Part shown: positions 18,615 to 28,001 of the stretch, piece by piece | Layout: each line of letters begins with the position of its first letter | How positions within the stretch are numbered: the first letter of the stretch is position 1 | Source: a virus | IMG/VR virus record: IMGVR_UViG_3300023179_009191 | Location: 33,703 to 97,702 of that record | DNA: 64,000 nt | Direction: 5' to 3' (one strand) | Program-made: the position numbers and the translations under genes | The notes under the pieces: generated by a model | Told to the model about the DNA's origin: nothing | Database searches by the model: none | The model's input: the letters and a program-made list of their open reading frames with translations, nothing else

Positions 18615-18815
18615 TCAAGCCACCCTGGCCTTGCGAGCGTTGCGAACTTCTGTGATGCGCTTGCGCTCAGCTTTGCAAATGTCAGCAATGGCCTTCAAAC
18701 CCTTGCGCAGGCGGGAAGATGCTGCATTCTGTTCTTTGACAAAAAACTTTTCATGGTCTGTTGTCAATGCATTTGCCAAGTCAACTATCTGTGTGATGAA
18801 GTTATTGTTATCCAT
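18615..18815 (-). CDS. Hc1 (histone H1-like) family small basic protein
   Basis: D-x-EKF...NAA.SR.RK.L..I...CK..RK pattern resembles Hc1 proteins. Confidence 0.75.
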   Translation of the reverse strand: MDNNNFITQIVDLANALTTDHEKFFVKEQNAASSRLRKGLKAIADICKAERKRITEVRNARKARVA

Positions 18816-19011
18816 ATGTTTATATTAAAGGGGCATCACAAAAAATCAACTGCAATTGTTATTAAATATTTGCATGGTGCAGAAAACTAAAATTACTGCT
18901 GACCTTGTTTTGGATCTGTACAAACAAGCCAAAAAAACCACAGGCATCAAAAAAGAAAAAATGATGCACAAAATTATTTACCTGTCTCAACATTTGCATG
19001 AGTATGTAAAT

Positions 19012-19257
19012 TTAGAAAAGATCACTGTCCAATAAAGATTGCCTGGGCTTGGTTTGGAACAATTTGGCTTGTTTTACTATGTGCTTCTTGTCATGGTTGA
19101 AGCGGTAAGACTTGCACACCGGGCACACATGATTTTTGTAATCCAATATGGAATCACAACATTCACACACTTTGAAAATGCTCCAATTTTGCATGACAAA
19201 ATTGCACACCTCTTTGCGAGTCATGTGTTTTATCTGATCCAATTGTGACTTGGTCAC
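19012..19257 (-). CDS. zinc-ribbon protein
   Basis: CECC...CPVC. Confidence 0.65.
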   Translation of the reverse strand: MTKSQLDQIKHMTRKEVCNFVMQNWSIFKVCECCDSILDYKNHVCPVCKSYRFNHDKKHIVKQAKLFQTKPRQSLLDSDLF

Positions 19258-19269
19258 ATAAATACTTAA

Positions 19270-19743
19270 GTGAACAAAGATGTTTTATTGGAACAGGTTT
19301 ACTTGAATAAACTCAAGCCCAACCAGAGTGCCAATCATACAGAAACCCAGCCCCAGAATGTTCCTGATGGTGCCCAAGTGCCTGTGGATTACCGTGATGA
19401 ACAGCAAGAAGAAACACCTGTTGCAGGGCCAATTAAAAGAGAGAGAGCAGGAGAACTGGTAAAAATAGACAAGTCTGATTTGGATAAATCTGAAGTGTTG
19501 GTGCATGGCTTTGGAGTTGTAACATTGGGGTATTTGAAACGCAATGTGTCAGAAAAATTTCAAGATTTATCCAAGAGAGTGTTGAACAATGAGCCCAATT
19601 TTGTTTACAGCCGCATCAAAGAGAAGCATGGGTTCTTGATGCATGCCATCAAAGCATTGGTTGAAATTGAAAAAGACATAGAAAAGCTCAGAAGAGCAGG
19701 CAAAATGCCTGGCATGTTGCGCAGGTATAATTTCAATGCATAG
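19270..19743 (+). CDS. late hypothetical protein
   Basis: CATAAATA upstream. Confidence 0.65.
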   Translation: MNKDVLLEQVYLNKLKPNQSANHTETQPQNVPDGAQVPVDYRDEQQEETPVAGPIKRERAGELVKIDKSDLDKSEVLVHGFGVVTLGYLKRNVSEKFQDLSKRVLNNEPNFVYSRIKEKHGFLMHAIKALVEIEKDIEKLRRAGKMPGMLRRYNFNA

Positions 19744-19778
19744 TTGATATTTTAAAACCCGTTTGCATAATAATTTGT

Positions 19779-20216
19779 ATGGAAAAAACCATAGTAACTT
19801 GGCGCAAGGTAATGTCACTGTGCAGCAACATTGTTGCTCAATTGAAGGACAAATATCCCAATGTTGTTGATTATGACATTGTTGGATTGAGCAGAGGTGG
19901 GCTTGTGCCTGGTGTTATTATCAGCAACATGCTCAACGTGCGGCAAATGCATGCCCTGGGCATGAGATCTTATGCAGATCAAGAGAAAACTGAAACACAT
20001 GTGTATCAAGTTCCAGACATAGCATCCATGAGAAAAATACTTCTCATTGATGACATATCAGACACAGGTGAAAGTTTCAAGCAAACCCATGAAATGCTTG
20101 TGAACAAAGAAGTCATAACAGTGTCTTTGTTTTTAAAAGAAAAAACTAAATTTGTTCCCAATGTTTATGGGAAAAAAGTAAAACATGACCAATGGGTTGT
20201 ATTTCCTTGGGAATAA
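19779..20216 (+). CDS. type I phosphoribosyltransferase (xanthine/guanine PRT-like)
   Basis: GLSRGGLVP, PRPP loop LLIDDISDTG, C-terminal WVVFPWE. Confidence 0.9.
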   Translation: MEKTIVTWRKVMSLCSNIVAQLKDKYPNVVDYDIVGLSRGGLVPGVIISNMLNVRQMHALGMRSYADQEKTETHVYQVPDIASMRKILLIDDISDTGESFKQTHEMLVNKEVITVSLFLKEKTKFVPNVYGKKVKHDQWVVFPWE

Positions 20217-20327
20217 ACAAGTTTTTTTGCTTGACAATTTTTGCAATTCATTTAAACTAGATTAAATAATAAAGAGTAATTTTTATACTGCCTTTGCAGG
20301 CTTGTGCCGTTGCCGGCAAACTACCTT

Positions 20328-20894
20328 ATGAAAACAAACACAAAAATAAACAAAACACTGCTGCTCAAACTGGTGTTAATTGCATCCACTGCATCAATGA
20401 GCATTACTGATTATGCAGAGAGAAGCAAAACTATCCATGATATTAAAGCAGAATTAACTGGTGTGCCTCTTGTTCAAGAAAAGCAAAAAGCCAATCAAAT
20501 AGTAGTGCAGAATGATGGCATAAAGTATGGAGATGTTTTTGTGCCCAAAACTAATAACAGTGAATTCAAGATAATTACTGTGCGCTTGACAGTATATTGG
20601 GCCAAGGGTGGAGGAACTGATGGTGATAGTGCTAAAATGAAAAGCTCCACAGGTTATACGTTAAAACAAGGTGAGTCCATTGCTGTGGATCCACGCATCA
20701 TTCCTTACACCAGAGAAGTGATCATTCCCAATGTAGGTTTGGTGAAAGCTGTTGATACTGGCACAGATGTTAAACGTAAAACTGCATCCCATGGCAAATT
20801 GCCTGTTATTGATGTGTTTTTTATGCATAAAAAAGATGCCATGTTGTTTGCTAATAAATACCCAAAAATCGTTAAAGTAGCTGTCTTAAACTAA
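20328..20894 (+). CDS. 3D-domain (MltA-like) peptidoglycan hydrolase with N-terminal signal or anchor
   Basis: LTVY, IAVDPRIIP, AVDTG, IDVF. Confidence 0.85.
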   Translation: MKTNTKINKTLLLKLVLIASTASMSITDYAERSKTIHDIKAELTGVPLVQEKQKANQIVVQNDGIKYGDVFVPKTNNSEFKIITVRLTVYWAKGGGTDGDSAKMKSSTGYTLKQGESIAVDPRIIPYTREVIIPNVGLVKAVDTGTDVKRKTASHGKLPVIDVFFMHKKDAMLFANKYPKIVKVAVLN

Positions 20895-20912
20895 TAAAAC
20901 ATAAATATATGT

Positions 20913-21353
20913 GTGCAAACGTTTAAGGAATTTTATGATTTTTCAAAATTAGCTAATAAAGATAGTAATTTTGAATCTAAGCACTCGAGTAAACTTGATA
21001 AATTACAAATAGCTCTTGATGTAGCTGGATTAGAGCCTACTCAAACACTAGGAGCTATTCCTGATGGTGCAAACGCTGTTATCTCGCTTCTTAGAGCAGC
21101 AGCCTCAAAAGAACCAGATGTAAGAAAAAAACACTTAATTAATGCAGGTATAAGTGCAGTTGGGGTAATACCCTTTGGTGACGTTATTAAAGTTTTAAAA
21201 GTTAAAGGAGCAGCAAAGCCAGTTTTAAAAACAGCTATAAAAGGTGCGCGCCTTGCAAAAAATTATGCAAAGATGCAAAGGCAGCAAAGAGTATCACAAG
21301 TACCTGCTTCTGCTCCTGCTACATCTGCTGTAGCTCAAACTGCGGTAGCATAA
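20913..21353 (+). CDS. late protein with capsid-targeting-like N-terminus and PT-TG-like region
   Basis: MQTFKEFY; LDVAG...PDGANA...ISAVGVIPFGD. Confidence 0.6.
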   Translation: MQTFKEFYDFSKLANKDSNFESKHSSKLDKLQIALDVAGLEPTQTLGAIPDGANAVISLLRAAASKEPDVRKKHLINAGISAVGVIPFGDVIKVLKVKGAAKPVLKTAIKGARLAKNYAKMQRQQRVSQVPASAPATSAVAQTAVA

Positions 21354-22021
21354 TGCATCCTGAGATTAAACATCAGCTCTACGGTGGTGATGTCTCTGAT
21401 TATTACAAAAAACCTGTACAAAAAGATGTTAAGCAAGAAAATAAAGAGCTTGCTGATATTTACGATACAATTAAAAAGAAACGATTTTTTGTAAAAGAAG
21501 ATGCAGATTTGCCTCCATCTGCAATAATTCAAAAAGCAGAAGATACAAAGCTTACTTTTGATGAAATATTATCATTAATAAAGCAACATGAAGGCTACAG
21601 GCATGAAATGTATCTGGATTCCAGAGGCATTCCTACCATTGGCATTGGGTTTAATTTGACAAGACCTGATGCTAAAAAAATACTGCAACAAGTGGGTGCC
21701 AGTCATGAAAAAATCTTGACCAAACAACAATCACTCTCTGATGATCAGATTCAACAAGTTTTTCAAATTTGTATCAATATAGCTTATCAAGATGCAAAGA
21801 AATGGATGCCCAGTTTTGATTCTCTTCCTAAACACATTAAATTGGCCATTTTAGACATGTCGTTTAACTTGGGATACCCGCGTTTGAGCAAATTTATTAA
21901 AACCAAAGATCACATAATACAAGGCAACTACAGAGATGCTGCACAGGAAATTAAAAGCAGCAAATGGGCTACACAAGTAGGCAACAGAGCCAAAAATATA
22001 GTTAATCTTTTTTCTTCTTAA
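21353..22021 (+). CDS. GH24 T4-type lysozyme with N-terminal extension
   Basis: HEGYRHEMYLDSRGIPTIGIG (E-x8-D-x5-T triad), MSFNLG, SKWATQVGNRA. Confidence 0.9.
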   Translation: MHPEIKHQLYGGDVSDYYKKPVQKDVKQENKELADIYDTIKKKRFFVKEDADLPPSAIIQKAEDTKLTFDEILSLIKQHEGYRHEMYLDSRGIPTIGIGFNLTRPDAKKILQQVGASHEKILTKQQSLSDDQIQQVFQICINIAYQDAKKWMPSFDSLPKHIKLAILDMSFNLGYPRLSKFIKTKDHIIQGNYRDAAQEIKSSKWATQVGNRAKNIVNLFSS

Positions 22022-22199
22022 TTTTCTTTTTTTTCTTTGGAAGAATAATGGGCGTGGTTTTCACGGAGCTAGGAAACGTGTTGTTTATGTCACCTGACGT
22101 CATGCCTGTGTCAGGCCCAGCATTTATGGCATTTTGAGACATGGTTCTTTGCACAAATGGAGAAATAAATTCTTCGTAGAAGAACTGTTTAAAGTTCAT
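22002..22199 (-). CDS. small protein with capsid-targeting-like N-terminus
   Basis: MNFKQFFYEE; Lys-rich tail. Confidence 0.55.
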   Translation of the reverse strand: MNFKQFFYEEFISPFVQRTMSQNAINAGPDTGMTSGDINNTFPSSVKTTPIILPKKKKKIKKKKD

Positions 22200-23377
22200 T
22201 TTTTTTGTTCCAATTTGTCGTTCAATTCTTTGATACTTTCAATGAGCAGGGGTATTAATTTTTGATAATTTACAGCCTTGACACCTGAGTTTCTGCTCTG
22301 TACTGCTTCTGGCACAACTTGTTCAACTTCTTGTGCAATAACACCTGTATCAGCTCCATGCAAGTGTTCATTGCAACCAGGTTTCCAATCAAAATTATAG
22401 CCTGAAATTTTATTTAATTTTTGCAAAGGTGTTTCAATTTTTTTGATATTTTGCTTCATGGTCACATCTGAAGTATAGAAAGCAATGATATCACCATCTG
22501 AAATTATGGTGCTCTTGGAGCATAATGTGCCAGTAACAGTGGTAGGAACACTTATGTTCACTTTGCTACTAGCCAGTGTCATGTAATTAGAATCAATGCT
22601 AAAAGTAGCTCCTGCTGGTATATTCACAACAGTAATACCATTGCTTCCTGTGAGTGTAGAGGCTGCAATAACTTCATTTATATTGATGGCTGATAAGGTA
22701 GAAGAGCTGATCCTGCCTACCACTTGATTGGGTTGCACAGACAAGATTGCTGGGCCAGCAACACCATTGGTAATATTTGCATACAGTGAGTTGGCTGCAA
22801 TGTGTTGCAAGTTGGTATTTGCAACTCCTGTGGAAACAGAACCTAGTGCAATTGCAATTTGAGCAGCAGCAGAAGGCTTTACAATTGTCAATCCATCCAC
22901 TGCATTGCTGTTTAATTTTGTAACAGTAACAGCTTGTGTTTGCAAATTTAATTGCTGGTTTGCATCATAAAAAAATTCAGATGAATTTATGAGAGTGCCC
23001 ACATCATAGGCTTGAAAATCAGATGATAGAGGCACATTGGATGAACTGTAGTTGGATCTGGCAGAAAGACTATAAATGGTTCGTGTGGATTTATCAAAAA
23101 TTATGTCTCCTTTTTCTGATCCACTCAGAGCAAGCACATTGTATGCCTGTTGACTGAAACCTGAATTGTTATAATTGCCAAACAATGCATTCACAGCACC
23201 TAAATTTCTCATGCCCACTGCAATGCCACCATATTGACCATTGCCTATGTACAGTCTCTGTGTATCAATACAATAGGCAGGTTCTCCTATTTCAAAAGCG
23301 ATGCCTGTGGTGTTTGTTGTTCTTCTCTGTGCATCAAAGCCTCTTCTTATGATAATCTTAGTAATATCGTTTGGCAT
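22196..23377 (-). CDS. tail fibre/spike with Mtd-like N-terminus and C-terminal S74 intramolecular chaperone
   Basis: KIIIRRG...GEPAY.D..RLYIG; SD..MKQNI...GVIAQEVEQVVPEAV...VNYQKLIPLLIESIKEL. Confidence 0.85.
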   Translation of the reverse strand: MPNDITKIIIRRGFDAQRRTTNTTGIAFEIGEPAYCIDTQRLYIGNGQYGGIAVGMRNLGAVNALFGNYNNSGFSQQAYNVLALSGSEKGDIIFDKSTRTIYSLSARSNYSSSNVPLSSDFQAYDVGTLINSSEFFYDANQQLNLQTQAVTVTKLNSNAVDGLTIVKPSAAAQIAIALGSVSTGVANTNLQHIAANSLYANITNGVAGPAILSVQPNQVVGRISSSTLSAININEVIAASTLTGSNGITVVNIPAGATFSIDSNYMTLASSKVNISVPTTVTGTLCSKSTIISDGDIIAFYTSDVTMKQNIKKIETPLQKLNKISGYNFDWKPGCNEHLHGADTGVIAQEVEQVVPEAVQSRNSGVKAVNYQKLIPLLIESIKELNDKLEQKK

Positions 23378-23419
23378 GATTTAAATTATTTATATAAAAG
23401 TATAAATATAAATATAATA

Positions 23420-23656
23420 ATGACATCCAAAAACATGTATTCTGCTGTTTTAGATAGAAATACAGTCAAAGTATTCAATGTGGTCTCTGGTGCTAAAGAG
23501 TATACCATCAACTTAGGATCAGATACAGTAGTCAGCGGGCCTGTAATTTCTGGAGAAACACTTAGTTTTGTGGCTAAAAATTTTAAAGGTGAAACCAGGG
23601 GCAAAGTATATAATTTAGCCAAGGGTAACCTAAAGTACAGTTTCAGTGTGAGATGA
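23420..23656 (+). CDS. hypothetical protein
   Basis: TATAAATA upstream. Confidence 0.6.
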   Translation: MTSKNMYSAVLDRNTVKVFNVVSGAKEYTINLGSDTVVSGPVISGETLSFVAKNFKGETRGKVYNLAKGNLKYSFSVR

Positions 23657-23657
23657 T

Positions 23658-24044
23658 ATGAAAAGACACAGCTCCAACAACATAACCACCATAAAAAAAG
23701 ATTTAGCTGCACTCTATAAAACAGTTTATCAAGGCAATGGTACGCCTTCTATTGTCAATCAAATAACAAAATTAAATGAACAAGTTAAATCTCTGGAACA
23801 AAAGATGGATACAAAGTTTGAAGGCTTTGAAACTGAAATGAGCCTTAAATTTAAGAACATTACCGACGTGGTCACAGAAAAATTCACAAATTTAAGTGAT
23901 CAAATAGAAAGAGAGTTTAATTCAGAAAAACTAATAACTGATAAAAAATGGAGCCATAAAACTTCCATTACCACTGCTTTGCTTGCTTCTGTTACCTCTG
24001 TTTTTGTTGTTTTTATTACAGAAGTTTTGAAAAGATTACATTGA
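23658..24044 (+). CDS. coiled-coil protein with C-terminal transmembrane helix
   Basis: ITTALLASVTSVFVVFI. Confidence 0.65.
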   Translation: MKRHSSNNITTIKKDLAALYKTVYQGNGTPSIVNQITKLNEQVKSLEQKMDTKFEGFETEMSLKFKNITDVVTEKFTNLSDQIEREFNSEKLITDKKWSHKTSITTALLASVTSVFVVFITEVLKRLH

Positions 24045-24131
24045 TTTCCTGTAAAGTATCTTTATTATTTTGAATGTGATGCATTTAAAAATTTTTTCTA
24101 ATTTTTATTCCTTTAAAGAATAAATTATTTC

Positions 24132-26402
24132 ATGGCTATGAGTTCTGGAACTACTGTGAGAAAGAGAGATGGAGAAGTTGAAAAATTTAATATTGAGAAA
24201 ATTAATAAGGTTATTAGTTGGGCTACCGACAACATTTCTGGTGTTAGTTTGTCAGACATTGAAATTAATGCCAATCTGAACATTGTTGACAATATTAGCA
24301 CCCGCGAGATACATCAAGTGCTAATTGAATCTGCTGCAAATTTAATTTCCTTGGAGACGCCCAATTATCAATATGTTGCTGCTCGGTTACAAAATTATCA
24401 GCTCAGAAAAGATGTGTGGGGTGGCAAGCATGCGCCCAGACTTCTGGATGTAGTTAATACTGGCATTAAAAATAAAATTTATGATCCAATAATTTTGCAA
24501 AAATACACAGCTAATGAAATTAATAAAATTGGAGAATTTATTGATCATGATAGGGATTTTATTTTTACATATGCAGGCATCAAGCAATTGTGTGACAAAT
24601 ATTTGATTAAAAACAGAGTGACTGATGTGATTTATGAAACGCCGCAATTTGCTTATATTCTCATTGCTGCATATGGTTTTATAAACTACCCTAAGGAAAC
24701 GCGCCTGGAGTATGTGAGAAGATTTTACAATGCTATTTCTAAGCATAAAATTAATTTGCCTACCCCGGTTATGGCCGGTCTTAGAACTAATTCCAAAAGC
24801 TATGCAAGTTGTTGTTTGATTGGTGTAGATGACAATAAGGAGTCTATTACTGCATCCAGTACAGCTATTTCCATTGCTACTGCCAGTCGGTGTGGCATAG
24901 GCATTGATGTTTCCAGGATAAGAGCTATTGGGGCTCCAGTGAACAATGGTGAAGTGGTGCACACTGGTGTCATACCGTTCTTAAAAATATTTGAAGCATC
25001 AGTTAAAGCATGGCAGCAAAATGGTTTACGCGGAGGTAGCGCTACCACCAATGTCATGTGGTGGCATTATGAGATAGAAGATATTGTTGTTTTAAAGAAT
25101 AATGCTGGGACAGATGATAACAGGGTGCGTAAATTAGATTATACTGTAGGCATGTCCAAGCTTTTTTATGACAGGGTTTTAAAGAATGAAGAGGTCACAT
25201 TGTTCTCCCCTCATGAGGTTCCTGAGCTTTGGGATGCTTGGGGCACATCAAAGTTTGATAAAACATACAAAGAATTAGAAGAAAATAAAAAAATAAAGTT
25301 TAAAAGGAAAGTTTCAGCTCGCAAGCTCTTTGGTCTCATAGTAAAAGAAAGAGTTGAAACTGGTAGGATCTATATTCTCAATGTTGATAATGCCAATGAA
25401 CATGGCGCATGGCTAGACAAGGTAACCATGAGTAATTTGTGTACTGAGGTCATTCACCCCACTGTTCCTCTCAAAGATTTTCATGATACAGATGCTGAGA
25501 TAGGCATGTGCATTCTATCTGCAATAAACATGCTAGAAATTAAAGATTGGAAAGACTTGGAAAAAACTTCAGACTTGGCAGTAAGATTCTTGGAAGAAAT
25601 AATTGATATACAAACATATTTTAACAAAGCTGCAGAAAATTTTGCCAAGAAGAGAAGAAGTTTGGGCATTGGTATTACTAACTTAGCAGCATATTTTGCT
25701 AAGAATGAAGTTACATATGGTTCCAGACATTCTCTTGTTTTACTGGATGAATGGATGGAGCATTTTCAATATTATCTGCTCAAGTCTAGCATGGCATTAG
25801 CCAGGGAAAGAGGAAGGTGTGAAAAATTTGAAAGAACCAAGTATGCCAAGGGAATTTTGCCAGTGGATAGTTACAAGAGCAAGGTGGATGATATAGTTAA
25901 AAGAAAGTTTGCTTTAAATTGGAATGAATTGAGAGAAGAAATTAAGATGCATGGGCTCAGACACTCCACTCTTTCCAGCTGCATGCCTTGTGAATCTAGC
26001 TCTGTTGTTCAATGCTCCACCAATGGTGTTGAGCCTGTCAGATCTTTAATTACATTTAAAACATCCAAAATGGGCAAATTGCCTGTGTTGGTTCCCGGCA
26101 TTGGGAAATATGAAGACAAGTATGAGTTAGCATATAATTTTAAAGATAATATAGGCATTTTGAATGTTAATGCAGTAATTCAAAAGTATTTAGACATGGC
26201 CATATCTACTAATGTTTATTATAATTACAGTCACTATGAGAATCATATTCTGCCCGATAGTAAAGTAATGAAGGAATTGCTGTATGCATACAGCATGGGT
26301 CTTATAAGTTTATACTATAATAATACTGATGATGGCGACAAAGAGCAAGTTGTTGATGCTGCAAAAGAAGTAGATTGCTCCAGTGGAGCTTGCAAATTAT
26401 AA
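24132..26402 (+). CDS. nrdA: class Ia ribonucleotide reductase alpha subunit with ATP cone
   Basis: VRKRDG ATP cone, ASCCL, SNLCTE, C-terminal CSSGAC. Confidence 0.97.
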   Translation: MAMSSGTTVRKRDGEVEKFNIEKINKVISWATDNISGVSLSDIEINANLNIVDNISTREIHQVLIESAANLISLETPNYQYVAARLQNYQLRKDVWGGKHAPRLLDVVNTGIKNKIYDPIILQKYTANEINKIGEFIDHDRDFIFTYAGIKQLCDKYLIKNRVTDVIYETPQFAYILIAAYGFINYPKETRLEYVRRFYNAISKHKINLPTPVMAGLRTNSKSYASCCLIGVDDNKESITASSTAISIATASRCGIGIDVSRIRAIGAPVNNGEVVHTGVIPFLKIFEASVKAWQQNGLRGGSATTNVMWWHYEIEDIVVLKNNAGTDDNRVRKLDYTVGMSKLFYDRVLKNEEVTLFSPHEVPELWDAWGTSKFDKTYKELEENKKIKFKRKVSARKLFGLIVKERVETGRIYILNVDNANEHGAWLDKVTMSNLCTEVIHPTVPLKDFHDTDAEIGMCILSAINMLEIKDWKDLEKTSDLAVRFLEEIIDIQTYFNKAAENFAKKRRSLGIGITNLAAYFAKNEVTYGSRHSLVLLDEWMEHFQYYLLKSSMALARERGRCEKFERTKYAKGILPVDSYKSKVDDIVKRKFALNWNELREEIKMHGLRHSTLSSCMPCESSSVVQCSTNGVEPVRSLITFKTSKMGKLPVLVPGIGKYEDKYELAYNFKDNIGILNVNAVIQKYLDMAISTNVYYNYSHYENHILPDSKVMKELLYAYSMGLISLYYNNTDDGDKEQVVDAAKEVDCSSGACKL

Positions 26403-26419
26403 ATATATAATTGTACTCC

Positions 26420-27484
26420 ATGAAGTCAGTTCTTAATATTAAAAACATAGACTATACCAAACAGCCTCTGTTTTTTGGGGAAGATTTAAATCTGCAAAGA
26501 TATGATCGTTTTAAATATCCCATATTTTTTGAGTTGTTCAAAAAGCAAGAAGAATTTTTTTGGTGGCCACATGAAATAAGCTTACAAAAAGACCGCAATG
26601 ACTACAAAGAGCTCAAGGGTTCAGAAAGGTTTGTTTTTGATAATAATCTCAAGTTTCAAACACTGGGTGATAGCATGCTGTCCAGATCCATTCATTCATT
26701 AAAAGATTATGTATCTAATCCAGAATTAGAAATTTGCATGAATACCTGGCAGCGCTTTGAAGGTATTCATAGCTACAGTTATTCATATTTGCTTAACAAC
26801 GTGCATCCTGATGCATCATCATTTTTCGATAGCATCATGGAAGACAAGGAAATAGTATCCAGGGCAGAATTAATACGTAATAATTTTGATAAAATTTTAG
26901 GTGATGATGAAAAGAAAGATTTAAAACAAAAAGTTTTTGATTGTATTCTATCTGTTAATGTTATGGAAGGATTGGTTTTTTATGTTAGCTTTGCTTGTAG
27001 TTTTTATTTTGGCTACAGAGGCATCATGGAAGGCAATGCTAAGATCATTAAATTTATTCAGAGAGATGAATCACAGCACTTTGCTACTACACAAAATTTA
27101 ATTAAAATTTTAAGAGAAGAGGATAAGGAAGGATTTACTAGCATAGTAAAAAAGAGTGAAGATAAGATTTATGCATTTTATGAACAAGCAGCTAAAAATG
27201 AAATTGAATGGTCTGAGTATTTGTTTAGTAAAGGCTCTTTGCTTGGATTGAATGCTGAAGTATTGGGAGGGTATGCCAAATGGCTGTGTGATGCAAGGTT
27301 GCGTTCCCTGGGGTACAAGAAGATTTTTAATCAAAAAAACAATCCCATAGCAGGGTGGTTGGATAGCTATCTAGATAGTAGCAAGGTTCAAGTTGCTCCA
27401 CAGGAAACAGAAATTTCTGCTTATAAGATTGGTGCACGTGACACATCAGTTTCTGATGATGACTTTAATGACATAGAATTGTGA
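26420..27484 (+). CDS. nrdB: ribonucleotide reductase beta subunit
   Basis: FFWWPHE, EGIHSYSY, EGLVFYVSF, RDESQH, VAPQETE. Confidence 0.97.
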   Translation: MKSVLNIKNIDYTKQPLFFGEDLNLQRYDRFKYPIFFELFKKQEEFFWWPHEISLQKDRNDYKELKGSERFVFDNNLKFQTLGDSMLSRSIHSLKDYVSNPELEICMNTWQRFEGIHSYSYSYLLNNVHPDASSFFDSIMEDKEIVSRAELIRNNFDKILGDDEKKDLKQKVFDCILSVNVMEGLVFYVSFACSFYFGYRGIMEGNAKIIKFIQRDESQHFATTQNLIKILREEDKEGFTSIVKKSEDKIYAFYEQAAKNEIEWSEYLFSKGSLLGLNAEVLGGYAKWLCDARLRSLGYKKIFNQKNNPIAGWLDSYLDSSKVQVAPQETEISAYKIGARDTSVSDDDFNDIEL

Positions 27485-27711
27485 TAACCACAGAATTTAA
27501 AAAAAATTGTACTGCTGAAGAATTGGGGTTACTATATTTAATTTTAATTGATGGGTTTTCTTATTGTAACTATGAACCTTCATTTGATTGTTTATCTTTT
27601 TTGCGCATTAATATGGCTATAAAAAAATTAGATGAATTAAAGAATAAGATAAAACCTGAAAATCTGCCTGTAGTTGATTCACTTCAAAAAAAGTTAACCC
27701 TAGAAATATAA
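27481..27711 (+). CDS. hypothetical protein
   Basis: GTGA overlap with nrdB. Confidence 0.55.
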   Translation: MITTEFKKNCTAEELGLLYLILIDGFSYCNYEPSFDCLSFLRINMAIKKLDELKNKIKPENLPVVDSLQKKLTLEI

Positions 27712-27818
27712 ATAAAATCGAAGGAGCAGTTGTACTTAGTCTACACTAGGGGTGGGTTGGTGGGAACCTGAGAAAGGTTACTAGTGTAGAGAATAGGCTT
27801 TTGTAAATAAATATTTTT

Positions 27819-28001
27819 ATGGCAGCATTATCTGCTATAGAAAATACTGCATTGTATAGAAAGTTCTTGGAAGAGAGGGAACACATTTTAAGAAACAAAT
27901 GGTTCATGTCTGAGAAAGAAGGGCATGATGTTGGTTTTGAAAGAGCTTTATTAAATTGGGTGAGCAATTTTAGAAACAAATGGTTACAAGATAACAAATA
28001 A
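27819..28001 (+). CDS. DUF4032-like small protein
   Basis: LY..FL.ERE.IL..KWF.SEK.G.DVGFE.AL..W. Confidence 0.7.
   Translation: MAALSAIENTALYRKFLEEREHILRNKWFMSEKEGHDVGFERALLNWVSNFRNKWLQDNK

Noticed and set aside
24132-27484. Introns or inteins in nrdAB
   Set aside because: Both ORFs are continuous and of normal length.
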